From Octopus sinensis (taxonomy: Eukaryota): a stretch of 64,000 bases of DNA. Shown here piece by piece: positions 12,893 through 27,198 of the stretch. Position numbers and translations under genes: made by a program. The DNA lies in assembly GCF_006345805.1 (NCBI RefSeq), contig NC_043013.1:36766001-36830000 (forward strand). The letters are read 5' to 3'. Below the pieces are notes generated by a model, which did no database searches, was not told the DNA's origin, and was given only the letters and a program-made list of their open reading frames with translations. The first letter of the stretch is position 1, and each line of letters begins with the position of its first letter.

Positions 12893-13666
12893 GATATTGT
12901 TTTTGTTTTTTAATGTAGCCTTATAATTTCTGAACTTGTCATCTTACACCTATTGTTCCTTATCTTTATCACTAAATTAGTGTTCCCCTTCTCTTTCTTA
13001 TAGTATTAGTACTACTACTACTACTACTACTACTACAAATTCTCACCTAATCAGGTCCACACATCTTCATTTCGATTCTTTTGCGGAACTACATGCAAGA
13101 GAAATTGCACCGTACTATTTCTTGTTCAAACCTCGCTTATGCTACCACTACCCCTAGGAAAGCTATTAATCAACGTTGCTTAATCTCATTTCTCTGAGTA
13201 AACTTTTAGACTGCTGCCTCATCAAAATAAAGAATTATTTCAATGATGATATTTTACTTTTCTTTTAAAAAATCTAAAATTACGTTAATGAAAGCAAGGC
13301 TTTTTTTTTTTTTTTGTTCTTGTCTAATTTTCTCTGTAGATACTAATACTATATCTCTACGGACTCATTTTTGGCAACGTCAGCTCTCTCTTATATCTCG
13401 AAAAAAAATTTTTTCTGCAAAATAATTAGATAGGTATCAGTATATAATTGGAGGCTGGAATTATTTCCAGATTATTATACTTTCAATTATTTCACTTTTG
13501 TTTCTCTAAATTATAGGTTCAGATTCCATTAGGGGTCAATTTAACCTTACAGTCGATAAAATAAGTAATACCAGTAATCTACTGTGGTGGATTTAATTCT
13601 CTATATACTTCTTCCTCTTTACAAAGTTGTAGCCATCACTTAATCTAATAAGCTATCATTTTTCTT

Positions 13667-14000
13667 ATCATCATCATCGAGTTTATTTTAACGTCCGACT
13701 TTTCCATGCTGTCATGGGTTGAACATTTTTGCAATCCAGTATGTACCACCTGTCATCACAATCCTCTGGCATCTAGACCGCATGGCTCAGCATCCATCAT
13801 AGTGTCTAATCTCATCACTTTCACCCCCATGTCTTCCTTGTTCTTTCTCTGCAGCTATAACACCTTCCTCTTTTTCGCCGAACACTCATTGTCCATTTAC
13901 ATCAATATATTATATCTACATGAATACAATTGTCTGTGTCTCTCAAAAACACAAACATATCTTTTTTTATGTCCGGCCACTTTCTCAGCTCACGTGTTCT
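13667..14000 (-). mobile_element. Decayed 3' end of an RTE-clade LINE
   Basis: (CAT)n tail then tttaacgtccg...ttccatgctgtcatgggttg, which I recall as an RTE-type 3' end. The minus-strand translation keeps RTRKTW (compare GRPRKTW) and DRWY amid stops. Confidence 0.5.
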
Positions 14001-14689
14001 CTTGCTTGCCGAGCAAGTAAGACAACATAAGTTGCTGGATTTTGATTCTGTCATGGTAAAGCACATTCTTTATGGAATTGACTTTTTCTCGAAATTCCGC
14101 GTCGCCACCATGACCACCACCGCGATCATCATCATCACAATTATCATCATCATTATCATCAGCAGCAGCAGCATTGCATAAGTGTTATCAAGTTCTACCA
14201 AAGAGACGACAGTTCTCAGCAAGTCCTCACAATCCAGTTCCGATTTCAGTATTTCCCTTCACTTTGCTAATAACAGTTCAAGAATAAGCATGAATGTCCC
14301 AACGTCCCACTTCACTCTCCCGCCATTGCTTCACGCCTATATGAGAAAATATTATTATGCATCATATTGTTGTTGTTGACGTTGTCGTTCAAGACATCTC
14401 AATATGTCAAACGCTTTCCTTTCACCACCCACTTCCATTTCCACCTGTTCTCTAATCCTAATCTTTTATTTTTAATCCCTTACTAATCCCACTCATTGGA
14501 CAGGACATATGTATAATCACTTTTACAAGTAATTACAAACCCCTTCATTACTCTTTCACTCATACTTTCCCTCTCTCATTCTTTTTCCCCCTTTTTCATT
14601 TCCTCCTCCTTTTACTTTCTTCGTTTATACTTTATCTTGGTTTCTTTTACTTTTAACTCACTTTTTTAATGTTTTTCTCCCCCTCTTTC

Positions 14690-14724
<35 letters not shown>

Positions 14725-14881
14725 GATATTTTCCTTCTCAACCTTCAATACTTTCACACACTCTTTCTCTTTAACTGTGTGTTTGTATCTTCTGACTAGA
14801 TTGAAACCAAATCAAGGTCACGGTCCATCACTAAACAATTTATTGCAGTTCTTAAAGTGGTATATCGAGGGAGCATCACTG

Positions 14882-15063
14882 TGATTCCTCGACCCCGTTA
14901 CAAATAACACTGAAACCTCCCTTAAATTACACCTTAGCATTCTGGGAAAGAAGGGACACTTTGGGTAATGACTGAGGAAAGGGCAGAACAAGTCATGGTT
15001 GGAATCTTCCTGACCATAGAATAGATATGTTCGTCCAAGAGAGACCCAGGGCTAAACAACCAC
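14882..15063 (+). mobile_element. Family C short element (decayed), ends ...cccagggctaaacaacc
   Basis: Similar to 20107-20302, 42275-42451 and 63401-63603; carries an (AAC)n-type tail. Confidence 0.55.
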
Positions 15064-15642
15064 AAAATGTATTGTAGGAACGTAGAGTAATGCAAGGATG
15101 AGATATGTGAATGTAATCGATTGAGTCTAATCCTAGTATATGACTGGTATTTCACGAATGTCTCCGATTGGTAGTGGGGAAGCATCTTGGTACCAACGCG
15201 ATTTGATCCATTGCAGCAAGGCCCTAAAGGGTCTTCAAGTTTCCGTGGACTTCACCCCCGATTCTGCACTGATATATCATCGATGATTGATGATTACTAA
15301 TAGCAAAATTACATCGTTATGATAATAATGATAATTAGAATTAGAATGGTGATGACGATGACTCTTATGATGCAAGCAGTGATGATAGTGGTCCTGGGAA
15401 TGGTAAATGACAACAGTGGAAGCATTGGGGGGTAATAATGTTGGTAGTGATGGTAACAGAGATTTTAATAGTAATGGCAGGTGTGGTCATAAATACTTGG
15501 ATTAGATGAGGTTGATATGGATGGATGGTGGTGGTGGTGTGGCCTGATCATGACGCGGTGATGGCACCGATAATGGCACGAAGGTGGCGATGATGATGAT
15601 GATGCCAATGCCGACGTTTCTGTTATTGTTGTTGAAGTCTCG

Positions 15643-15686
<44 letters not shown>

Positions 15687-17042
15687 GAATACATCTAATA
15701 ACTGTTAATTGTTCGACATATTAGTCATGTCAATGAACGTCCAATCATGATCTGTTACAACCGATGATGTCAGTCTCGTGCTGCTCCTTCCCCCTTCTTT
15801 ACCCCCTCCACTCCTTCGATATCCTAGATGTTTATGCAGTACCGGGACGTGTTTATTATTGTTTTAATTTAGTTTTAGAAGTGACGTGTTTTCTCTCTCT
15901 CTCTCTCTTTCTTTCCCCTTCTCTCTCTCTCTCTCTCTCTCTCTCGAACCCTTACTGGTTTGAGGTTTGAATTCTTTGAACACTTATTCCTTTCGTCTCC
16001 ATTGCCCGGCTCATTCTTAACAGTTTGTTATCGTTGTTTGGATTCTCTGAGAACTGATATTATAAAGTTCCCAGTATTGGCGAAATCGCAAGAGGACAGG
16101 GTGAAATGATTGTGGTATTTAGTTACATGTTCGTTTTGTTTTTGTGTTCAAACCCCACAGACATTTATAATACTTATTTTTTGTTGTTGTTATTTTTGCT
16201 ACTCCATCGACTGTCAAATAGAGTTAATCCAAAATATCGAAGATGTATTTATAGGTGCTGTGGTGTATTGACGTTAAGCTAACATACCAGAGATCTGCAG
16301 AGGACAGTGTCTTAGCGTTAAGCTGAAAGCACCAGAGATTTGTCTATGATAATAGCTGGGCTCTTTATCAGAGTTGTGTCTCACATCTGCTGCCGCCTTA
16401 CGTCGTTAGGTTATAAGATGTAAAGCTAACACTTGCCAAGTCACAAGGATCCATAGCACTGCTACTCAGCCCCAGTTTTCTTAATGTTATGTAGACGAGA
16501 GATAAATCTCCCCTTGGATAGAACACAGCTAACTTCTCTCATCCTAGAACACAAATATATATATATTTTTTTCATCCGCTTCAAAGGCTAGGTTATCTGA
16601 GCTCATGTAGAGCTAACTCTTCCCTCCAAAAACCGAACACCTACAATAAGTATATTTGAACCCTATATTGCTAAAGATGGCCGTCCAGTATTTTATCTCT
16701 ATTCGGCCATTTTGGATTCTCATGACCTAGAATGAAAGATTTCAAGAGTTATAATGAAGTTTCTAAACAAAAAAAAAACAAAAAAGAAATTCAAGCAATT
16801 TCAGACTGAAAAACAAAAATGTATTTCTCCTAACATCGAACTGACACTGGATGTTGATGACCTTTTGTTGCTGTTGTTATTGTAATTGTTGTAGTTATTA
16901 AGTTTAGGAGTGGATTTTTTTTCTTCTTCTTTATGACCTCTCTTCTCTAAGTTTCCGTTCCGTTTCGTTCAATGCAATTTCTCTCCGTCATCTCCGCCAC
17001 CACCGCCACCAACCACTACCAACCACCACTACAATCATCTTC

Positions 17043-17109
<67 letters not shown>

Positions 17110-17348
17110 CTACTGCAACCAGTGACCTCTTTCCTCAAATTAACTAACCTCCTCTACTCTATAACAATTAGCAATAACGCTTGCAATACACTGAGATTTA
17201 ACAATTAGCCCAGCCGTCTAGTTAGTTCCTCTGCCAACCGGCGTTGTCGTTGTAATAAGGAGTGGTAGAGAGACTGTGCTGGATTCTGCCCCTCTCTGAT
17301 GGTGGCACTACCACGGTTTAGCATAGAGTTCTGTGTGTATGAGTGCAC

Positions 17349-17500
17349 GTGTGTGTGTGTGTGTGTTGTGTGTGTGTGTGTATGTGTGTGCCTGTGCGTG
17401 TGTGATCGCGTGCGCGTTTGTTTGAGTGCGTGTGGTCTCAACATTGAAATATAATTGGTGGTGTATGAACTACATGTATGTATGGGAACGTATGTATTAA

Positions 17501-17532
<32 letters not shown>

Positions 17533-17603
17533 GACTGTGTATGTAATTTGCTGTTCACTAAATTTTTTGTTCTCTCAGGCACACACATACACACACACAC
17601 ACA

Positions 17604-17664
<61 letters not shown>

Positions 17665-18559
17665 AATAAAGGAAAGCTACATTTACCGTCGATGATATTG
17701 TCTTCCCCACCAACTCCGATAGTACTAGCATCATCGTCGTCGTCATCATCACCATCACCATCATCATCATCATCATCACCATCATCATCATCTGTACTTA
17801 CGTCACAGTCGTCACCACTACAACCACGGACCTCATCACCACTTGCTGCAACTGTCATTAATTACCACTAACATCAGAGCCGCCAAACCACCATCAATAT
17901 TGTTATCATCGTTATTATTCATAATTATTGTTGTTGCTATCGTTATTGTTATTATTATCATTATTATTGTTGTTATTATTATATATATATATATATATTC
18001 TCAATCTCTTTTTGTCTGGTTTCTCTGTTTCTTTGCTGCACAAACTGCAGTTTAAGGTCGTCAAGCAGTCGTTGCTAATTGTATTATACAGCTTTTACTT
18101 AGGCGCTAGATGTCGCAGCCTCTGACTTTCTTCTGTGGCAGAGCTGGCAAGAATCTTTAATTACTGAAGCTGCAGAGTTTGTTGCGTTTTGGCGGCGTGG
18201 TGTGATGGGGACGGTAGTGAAGGAGGAGGTTGTGGTGTGGTGGTGGTGGTGGTGGTAGATTCAAAATGTCTTATCAACAACATAAGTTCACACCTCAGAC
18301 GTTTTACAGAAAACCAAGATGGGGAGGAACAGGTGGTCGAATTGGAAGAGTTCTATGAACCTGCTTCCGGTGCCAGTGAGATGCGCGCGTTTGCATATGA
18401 AGGGGATATATGTATGTGTGTGTGTGTGTGGTGTGTGTGTATGTGTGTGCCTGTGCGTGTGTGATCGCGTGCGCGTTTGTTTGAGTGCGTGTGGTCTCAA
18501 CATTGAAATATAATTGGTGGTGTATGAACTACATGTATGTATGGGAACGTATGTATTAA

Positions 18560-18591
<32 letters not shown>

Positions 18592-18640
18592 GACTGTGTA
18601 TGTAATTTGCTGTTCACTAAATTTTTTGTTCTCTCAGGCA

Positions 18641-18712
<72 letters not shown>

Positions 18713-19457
18713 AATAAAGGAAAGCTACATTTACCGTCGATGATATTGTCTTCCGCACCAACTCCGATAGTACTAGCATCATCGTCGTCGTCATCATCAC
18801 CATCACCATCATCATCATCATCATCACCATCATCATCATCTGTACTTACGTCACAGTCGTCACCACTACAACCACGGACCTCATCACCACTTGCTGCAAC
18901 TGTCATTAATTACCACTAACATCAGAGCCGCCAAACCACCATCAATATTGTTATCATCGTTATTATTCATAATTATTGTTGTTGCTATCGTTATTGTTAT
19001 TATTATCATTATTATTGTTGTTATTATTATATATATATATATATTCTCAATCTCTTTTTGTCTGGTTTCTCTGTTTCTTTGCTGCACAAACTGCAGTTTA
19101 AGGTCGTCAAGCAGTCGTTGCTAATTGTATTATACAGCTTTTACTTAGGCGCTAGATGTCGCAGCCTCTGACTTTCTTCTGTGGCAGAGCTGGCAAGAAT
19201 CTTTAATTACTGAAGCTGCAGAGTTTGTTGCGTTTTGGCGGCGTGGTGTGATGGGGACGGTAGTGAAGGAGGAGGTTGTGGTGGTGGTGGTGGTGGTGGT
19301 GGTAGATTCAAAATGTCTTATCAACAACATAAGTTCACACCTCAGACGTTTTACAGAAAACCAAGATGGGGAGGAACAGGTGGTCGAATTGGAAGAGTTC
19401 TATGAACCTGCTTCCGGTGCCAGTGAGATGCGCGCGTTTGCATATGAAGGGGATATA

Positions 19458-19490
<33 letters not shown>
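17349..19490. repeat. Tandem duplication of a ~1.05-1.06 kb unit (about 17349-18415 and 18416-19490)
   Basis: Near-identical text at offsets 1047-1059. The units start and end in (GT)n tracts. They differ by microsatellite lengths and one substitution (ttccccacc vs ttccgcacc). Confidence 0.95.
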
Positions 19491-19492
<2 letters not shown>

Positions 19493-19544
19493 TCAATTCA
19501 AATAAACGAATAAAAAAATGAACATGAGGATGTGCACAAAAATG

Positions 19545-19606
19545 TATTAGTTTGACGCCAGGTGAAAGCGAATTTGACGTTTCGAGCATAGCTCTTCGTC
19601 GGAAAG
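19545..19606 (-). mobile_element. Penelope-like terminal remnant with the best-preserved minimal hammerhead motif
   Basis: Minus strand reads UUU-CCGACGA-A-GAGC-UAU-GCUC-GAAAC-GUC-AAA (core 19602->19576). Confidence 0.65.
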
Positions 19607-19678
19607 GAGAAAAAGGAAAAGTTCAAAGAAGGAAAATAAAATCGCTAACGGCATACGTGCAGTTACATAGCTGAAGTG

Positions 19679-19709
<31 letters not shown>

Positions 19710-20106
19710 TGTATGTATGTATGCATGCATGCATGCATGCATGCATGTAAGTAAGTAAGTATGTATGTACAGTGTGTATGTATTGTTCCTCACAGATATT
19801 CAATATTATGGGCATTATAGTACAATCATAGTGAAAATACTTTTGGCCACTTTACAGTGGCTTTTTTTGAGATGGTGAAATCTTTCTTATGTCACGACTT
19901 CCAGCAAGCACGCTTTTCTCCTTTCTTAGCTGGTATACTTTACCGGCTGGTTGTTCATATGATTTTTTAAAATGCTGTTGTGTTTTGGGTTTAAATGCAC
20001 ATTCCTTGATTCTCGTCTGATCTCCCATGCTATTCGACATCCTGTGATGGAATTATTCTTACCATAGTGGTATACAAGAGAGATTCATTTTCTGTTGAAG
20101 GCAATT

Positions 20107-20302
20107 CAACGTGGTCACCCGTCCTGCTAGAAGTAGCAGCTAAATCCTTTCAGATTATATTATGTCTTTAAAAAACTGGTATAGAACCCTTTGGATTGTG
20201 TAACTCGTAGATACACTAGACTGGAAGGAAAACGGGATTGTTACCATTAGAATAGTATTAGTTTCGGCAGATTATTAGTAATCTGGGGCTAAAGAACAAA
20301 AA
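20107..20302 (+). mobile_element. Family C short element
   Basis: cgtggtcacccgtcctgctagaagtagcagctaaatc ... ctggggctaaagaac. Confidence 0.6.
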
Positions 20303-21065
20303 TAAGGGATTCAGTACTTTATCCAAGGACACTGCAGTTCTGTATTCCGTGTCTTCGTTTCATTCTCTCGTTTTCTCTTTGTTCATAACTTCAATATTGT
20401 TAGACATGGTAGGGAGTAAGGATTTTACAGTGCTTTGATTGGTCAAAACCAAATCACCACTAACTGTCAACAGACTCTCCTGTAAAAATTAGCGTGGGGT
20501 CATATGTTACTAAATCATGTTTAACCCATCTTGTCCCTTTTTATATACTTTCTGTTTTCACGTCAACCTTGTTTAGATCTCAAGAGGCAGCTTTCAACGC
20601 GCTTGATAAGGTTCTAGCTGTTTGTTTATTTAACTCATGCTACTGGTGATTTCGTGACTGACTCGTTCTCACTGATTGTGTGATTGTGTGAAGGGTTCTG
20701 CATACAGGAAATCTTGACAGGGTTTATCTGGCTTCGCTGGACCGGCTGAGTTATAGCTCAAATACATTCGATGAAAGAAGAGAATCTTGAACTAATTTCC
20801 AGCACGTGGGAGTTGAGTGAAAGAAAAGAAACAATGTCTCTGGTTAAGATACATCTTCTCTAAGTATCAGCGTGGTGGGTGATCAGAATACCTTCAAAGC
20901 ATTCGTCGTTTGTTTTATAAATAGTTAAGCTGTCAGTATATCTGGACGGGAAGCTGTCCACTTTTGACAGATATGTTTTGGAAACATTAAATCTGGAACT
21001 CGAGGGAACAGTTGACGATCTGTTCCGACAATAATAGTTATAAAATCCAGAATTACCTTATTACT

Positions 21066-21093
21066 CTGCCGATAGATACATGTCCGAAACGTC
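21066..21093 (+). mobile_element. Degenerate Penelope-type hammerhead-like motif
   Basis: CTGCCGA-TAGATACATGTCC-GAAAC-GTC. Confidence 0.4.
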
Positions 21094-21842
21094 ACACTTT
21101 TTCAGTCTTTACACAAACCAGATTTACTGACACATACATACTAACACTTTTCCTCTGTTGAAAAGCTTAGCTATATTTCAGAAGACACTTTGAGCCTCAA
21201 ACCTTATTTACTAAGAGTAAGAAGTGGTCCAATTACTTCTTTGCTGTGTAATAGACGTTCTTTCCCGCCCGTCTGGCTGTAATTGCTTTAATTTTGGAAG
21301 TATGTGAGTTAGAACGTTTTGATCTATTCTTTCTTAGAGAATCTTACCACCAGATATGTCTCAAGTAATATGCGTTGCCGTTCACTTGAAGAGCTTCTAT
21401 AGGGGTTGCTGAGGCTGTTTGAAACAGTTCCCTTATCTCACTTAATGACACTCCACACTGTATCTGAGACAAAGACGGGAAATCAGTGTGGTGCTTTTGA
21501 CCGTAAGTCTGCTGGATCAGTATTGGCCTGGGGTTAAACAAAAACAGCGACGCACGTTGTTACATAACTAGACTTATAACCGAAGAAAAGGGAGAATAGA
21601 ATAGAGTCCCCTGTATACATTTGAATACAGTGTAGTTGTTACTGAAGACCCAGTGATGAGAGTGGAAGACATCTAGCTTACATCGTTCACCGAGTGATGC
21701 CAACTAGATGTCATTAAACATTTATTCTGGAGTTCTGCCCAGTAGATATGTATACTTGAATAATCTCCAGAAAAATCAGATAACAATAAACCGGTTGTTG
21801 TTGTTGTGGTGGTGGTGGTGATGGTGGTGGTGGTGGTGGTGG

Positions 21843-22056
21843 TAGTTGTTGTTTAACCTCAAGTCGGTCCTGACCGGGCAGACACATGATCACATACTTG
21901 TAAATTTTGTCTTTGTTTCTATCGTATCTTGACATAGCGCATCTTGGATTACATTAGCCAATGTGACTTTTTTTTCTTGTTTTTGAATCGGTTAAGATGT
22001 GATCTGTGGGAGGAGACTCTGGCTGCTGTTTCTAGCATTTCCATTATCCACCGTAG
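21843..22056 (-). mobile_element. Family C short element
   Basis: gttgttgtttaacctcaagtcggtcctgacc...ggctgctgtttctagca is the reverse complement of the family C pattern. Confidence 0.6.
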
Positions 22057-24765
22057 ATTTCTTCGGTTGCAATCTGTAGTAACGAATCTCACGAGTCGTC
22101 TGTATGTCATCGTCTTTATTGTCTCACATGTATGTAGGACAAGTTTGCAAATATTTAATGAGCTGTTCTACTGCACTATTCGAAAGTGCCAAACTCGTCT
22201 AGATTAAAGCGTAAACATTTGGTACCATAATTAAGTAGTTCCAAATCTGAATATGTGATCAGGGCATAAAGAGAAGCTGCAAGTTTTTCAACGATTTCCC
22301 CATCACAGATTTGTGACTGTTGCGTATTTCCTTCTCCCCAACCTTTTTTCGTTTTAAAACCTTCACTTTTCTTTGGTTTATCTGTTTTCTTTCTACAATT
22401 GTAATTGTTTCATTCGTTTTATATTAAAACCTTTCCTGGGTATATATAAATGTATATATAAATGTGTATGACTCTGTGTGTGTGTGTCGGTTGGGCAGTG
22501 TTAAAATCTATGTACATTTCCGCATGCACATATACTTACGTTTGTACACGTGTGTGTGTGTGTGTCTGTGTGTGTCTGTGTGTGTGTGTGCTGGTCACTT
22601 GAGACTACGCATGGGCGTTGGTCAGTTGTCATAATTACTGCTTCGTAATTAATTAGTAGTCAAAATGTTGAACGCCTAAGAAGACTTTTAGACAGACCGG
22701 TCGAGAAGTGGCGATGGTGGTGGTGGTGGTGGTGGTGGTGGTGGTTGCTGACGAGAAGTGACGGAGGCGTCGACTGACAGCGCTGATGGTAGTAATAACA
22801 GTGGTTAGTAATGGTAGTTGAAGTGATGGACGTTGATGAAAATGAAAATGTCAATATGACTTTTTAGTTAGACGACAGCAACAGCAACAAACACATTAAT
22901 ACAGCTGTGTGCGTGTGTGAGGAAATTATCATTAACGTTAATGACTTTTTTTTTTACTTCTCATTACGAGTTAAATTTCGATTGGTTAAAAATTATTCTT
23001 GGCTCACTACACTAAGTATGTTAACTCGCACTTAACTGTATGTTTTTCATGCAGAAGACACTCGTGGGAATTTTACCAATGTCATTATTTTAAATTGCCT
23101 AATTAGGTGAATTGATCTTCATGCAAAAAGTAAAAGAAAAAGGACCTTATCCTTACGGTCGTTTCTGTGATGCATCAAGTGTGCGTTAGTCTACACTTCA
23201 TTAAGAGGTTTCATAAAACCGAAGCATGTTCGCAGTTGTTACCTTGTATGATAAATATATAGATGCATTATATGTCTGTATGCATGTATGTATGTATGTA
23301 TGTGTGTGTGGTAATTTTATGTTCACAAATGGAAAAGAAAAAGAATGAGCACTGATAGAGGGTGTAGATTATACTGGGAAACAATTATTGTTTAAGAACA
23401 TTTTCACGCGGAGTTCCATTCAACGACGCATGTTAAAACCGGTGGCATTTCGAAGCTGTCTGTAGAAGCATTTGATGACCAAAGATAATACCAATGTCCT
23501 CACCACTTGCTACTTCAAGTGACATCTCTGGTTATGTTCGTGGTAACGTCCAATTAAACCAGATTATCTTCTTTTTCTGGTTATGGTCTGGTACGGAGTG
23601 GGTGGTGTCTCCTCCATATATACTAGCTTTTCACTAAAGTCGCTTAAGAGGCTGACCTGTTAAATAAGTCTCTTGTTTGCGAATAGATCTATCACTGTCC
23701 TACATATTCTCGGGTTCTGTAGGATTTTGCTCGTATTAAAATCTAGTGTTATTAGAAGTCTTTTATACTTTAAGTAAGTGTTAATTGTTATGCTTAAGTA
23801 AAATTCCTTGAATATCCCTTAATGATTTTAAAATCTGCACACGGTATGGCCGCTTATATTCTGAGATTGCTAAGCCATCATCTCTGTGCATTCCGGAGCT
23901 ACAGGTACACTCGCTCGCGCGCACACACACACAATATGTTCTTATACTTATCATAAGTTTGCATAATAAATTCTTCTCAACCACTCTAAATATCAACCCC
24001 CACTGTTTATTTTTGAAACAACAGTTATATCGATATCGATATACTAAGGAGAACTATTTTCGAAATAGCAGCGTAAAATAGATTACTTTGCACTTATTTT
24101 TTAAAAATTTGTTATTAGCATTGAGTATTCTTTTTACATCCTTCTAGTTAACACGTGTCTATATATCTTCATTCTTCTATAGTTTCTTTCTTTATTTCTT
24201 TCTTTTTTTTTTTTCACTTGACGAGTTTTAGCCGAATGAATCGACCTCTTATTTATTTTATCGGGTCTTTTAACCGAACCGCTAAGTTACATGTAAACAA
24301 TCCAACACGGTTGTCAAGCGGCATTGGGGAGCAAGCACAAAGACACACACACACTCACACACGCACGCACACACACATACGTAAACACTTTATACACAAA
24401 TACACACTAGTCCCCCCTCCCCTTTGTTCCAACCACTTTTATTCTCACCCTCTCTTTTTACTACCTCCCCCCCTCTCTCTTTAACTGTCCGTTCTATCTT
24501 TCTCTTTCAAACTTCTCTCCTCTCATTTCTACAATACTTTACTCTCATGTCCACTCACACGTTTACTTAATCTCTCCGACTCTCAAATTCTCCCCCATTA
24601 ACGCTGCTACACACACACACACACGATAACTCACGCACAAACATAAGCTAACAGTCGCTTCCTCGCTACTGTCTGTCTGTTCGCCTGTCAGTCTCTAAGT
24701 ATATCCGTAATATATATATTATATATATATACACGCACACACATGTGCATGCATAATTATATATG

Positions 24766-24806
<41 letters not shown>

Positions 24807-25425
24807 CCATCTCTCAAACTCCCAACTGTTCGTACACATACATCCTCCAACCAACATATACGCGCGTGCACTCACACACACACACATGCACACACACACA
24901 CACACATGCACACACACACACACACACACACACATGCACACACACACACACTTGTCCACGTCAACTCAACTGCCACAATTGTCTGTCAAAAAAACAAAAA
25001 AACAAAAACAAAATGTAAAAATTAAAGAATAAAACTACTAACAAATTTTAAATGAATAAATAAAACTAATAAGAACAGATGTAGGCTTATGGTTGCTTTT
25101 CTATTCAAGTTGATTTTGATTAAAAGCAAAAACAAAAAGCAAAACAACGAAAAGAACATTAAATATAAACTAAAAAGAAAAAAAAAACGGGCAACAACAA
25201 CAAAAAAGAAAAACGATCTGAAGTTATTTAATTAATTTCGTTGTTGCTCATTATTACTTGCTTTTGTTGCTGAGACTTTCGGTGGAATCTCTGCTGACAA
25301 AACACATTTGCATACATGCATAACTGCATAGTTGCACACTTTTCACACACACACACACACACACACACACGTGTATATATATGTATATATATATATATAT
25401 GTATGTATATATATATGTATGTATG

Positions 25426-25456
<31 letters not shown>

Positions 25457-25698
25457 ATATATATATACACACACACATACACATTTATTACACCCCACTC
25501 TCCATTCACGGTAAACAGAGTTTATACTTCCACACCTGAAAGTCTCTCCTTTTTATCTTAGACCTGCTTTTGTATGAATTACTAGATTCACACACACACA
25601 CACGCGCACACACACACACACGCTCACACATACACACACACATTTGCAAGTACACACGTACACACACACACACTTATCAGTATGTGCAAGATATATGT

Positions 25699-25700
25699 AG

Positions 25701-25785
<85 letters not shown>
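25699..25785. repeat. (GATA)n microsatellite
   Basis: Direct reading. Confidence 0.95.
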
Positions 25786-25786
<1 letters not shown>

Positions 25787-25959
25787 TAGAACATCCATAA
25801 TGTTCGTTCTATGTATGTGTACGTGTACACAGATATGTAATTAAGAAATTTTACCGGCGCTTGAATGCAAATTTAACTTTCTGTGTTTATTGCCTTACAT
25901 ACAACATGGCCAGATGTTACGACTTCCGTCTCCTCAGATGTATAAGTAGACAGGTTACA

Positions 25960-26330
25960 CATCCCTATTTTGCTAAAAGCACAGAACTTCCACAGTCTCA
26001 CCGTGGATCGATCACGTAGAAGAAAACCTAGCCGACTTATGACACAATGTGTTCTATCGATTGACGGTAGTTCCTTTCGATAGCAAGGTGTGATTTGATG
26101 AAGATTCGGTTGCTGTTTCTAGCAAAACGAACCCCACAGCGTAGACCAGGTCATGATGTTGGCTTGCAGTTGCCGTTGTGAATAGTGCTATGGAATCTCT
26201 TCTACTCACGTCCTTTATATGTCCTGTTGTTGCATCTTGTTCCTTCATTCCGCTAACCCGGTTAGCTATCTCCTTCTGCTCTTCCTATACAATGCACACA
26301 CCGTCTTCTAAATTTTCTTGCTGAAAAACT
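25960..26330 (-). mobile_element. Possible decayed RTE endonuclease (APE) fragment
   Basis: The minus-strand translation G-H-I-K...LFT...HHDLVYAVGFVL...TVNR...ARFSST loosely follows APE motifs (YxSG..H..GVGF, PVNER, GRF). It is interrupted by stops. Confidence 0.3.
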
Positions 26331-26353
26331 AGGTCTCCCTCCCTCCCTCTCTG

Positions 26354-26422
<69 letters not shown>

Positions 26423-27039
26423 ATGAAGAGAATTGATAGAGGGACGAACCCAGAATTGTAGAATCGGGGAGCTGAGAAAACTACTCTGTCCCATATACTC
26501 CAGCAGCTCCTCCTCCTCCTGTCCCGCCACACACACACAGACACACACACACACACACACTTTACGCTACCGTATTACACTACATGCCATTGCTATCTTT
26601 CATTTATTCGCTCCTCCTTGCCTCTTCCTTCACTTGCTCCTTCTACAGGTCGATGTGATGGCTACACAGCTGACTCTCATTCATCGTCTGCAAAAAGGAA
26701 AAAAAAAAGAGCATTTCTGTGGTGGTGGATTGTAGGGATTTTCGGTAGAAAGAGCTGTCTGCACCTTTCTTATCGTACTGCTTGCTTCCTCATCATCTAT
26801 TACCTCCACTTCAAACAGCTCCCACACACACCGACAGCTCAGCTTTTTCTCTCATTATGTGTGTGTGAGTGAGTGAGTGTGTGTGTGTATGTGTGTGTGT
26901 GTGCTTGCGAACGCACACACTGCTGGATAATACGTTCATTACATGCCTACGTTAGAACATACAAAGAAAAAAACCTTTTCTCACTTTATTTTTCACACAT
27001 ACCTAGCTGTGTAAGCGTGTAGAAGCACTTACATACATA

Positions 27040-27085
<46 letters not shown>

Positions 27086-27129
27086 TTCAGGTGCCAAACA
27101 GCCAAACTTCTTTCGAAGCGTCCCCATCA

Positions 27130-27198
<69 letters not shown>

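Noticed and set aside
17205-17858. 217-aa minus-strand ORF with a poly-Asp tract
   Set aside because: Built from (GAT)n, (AT)n and (GT)n repeats; no domain.
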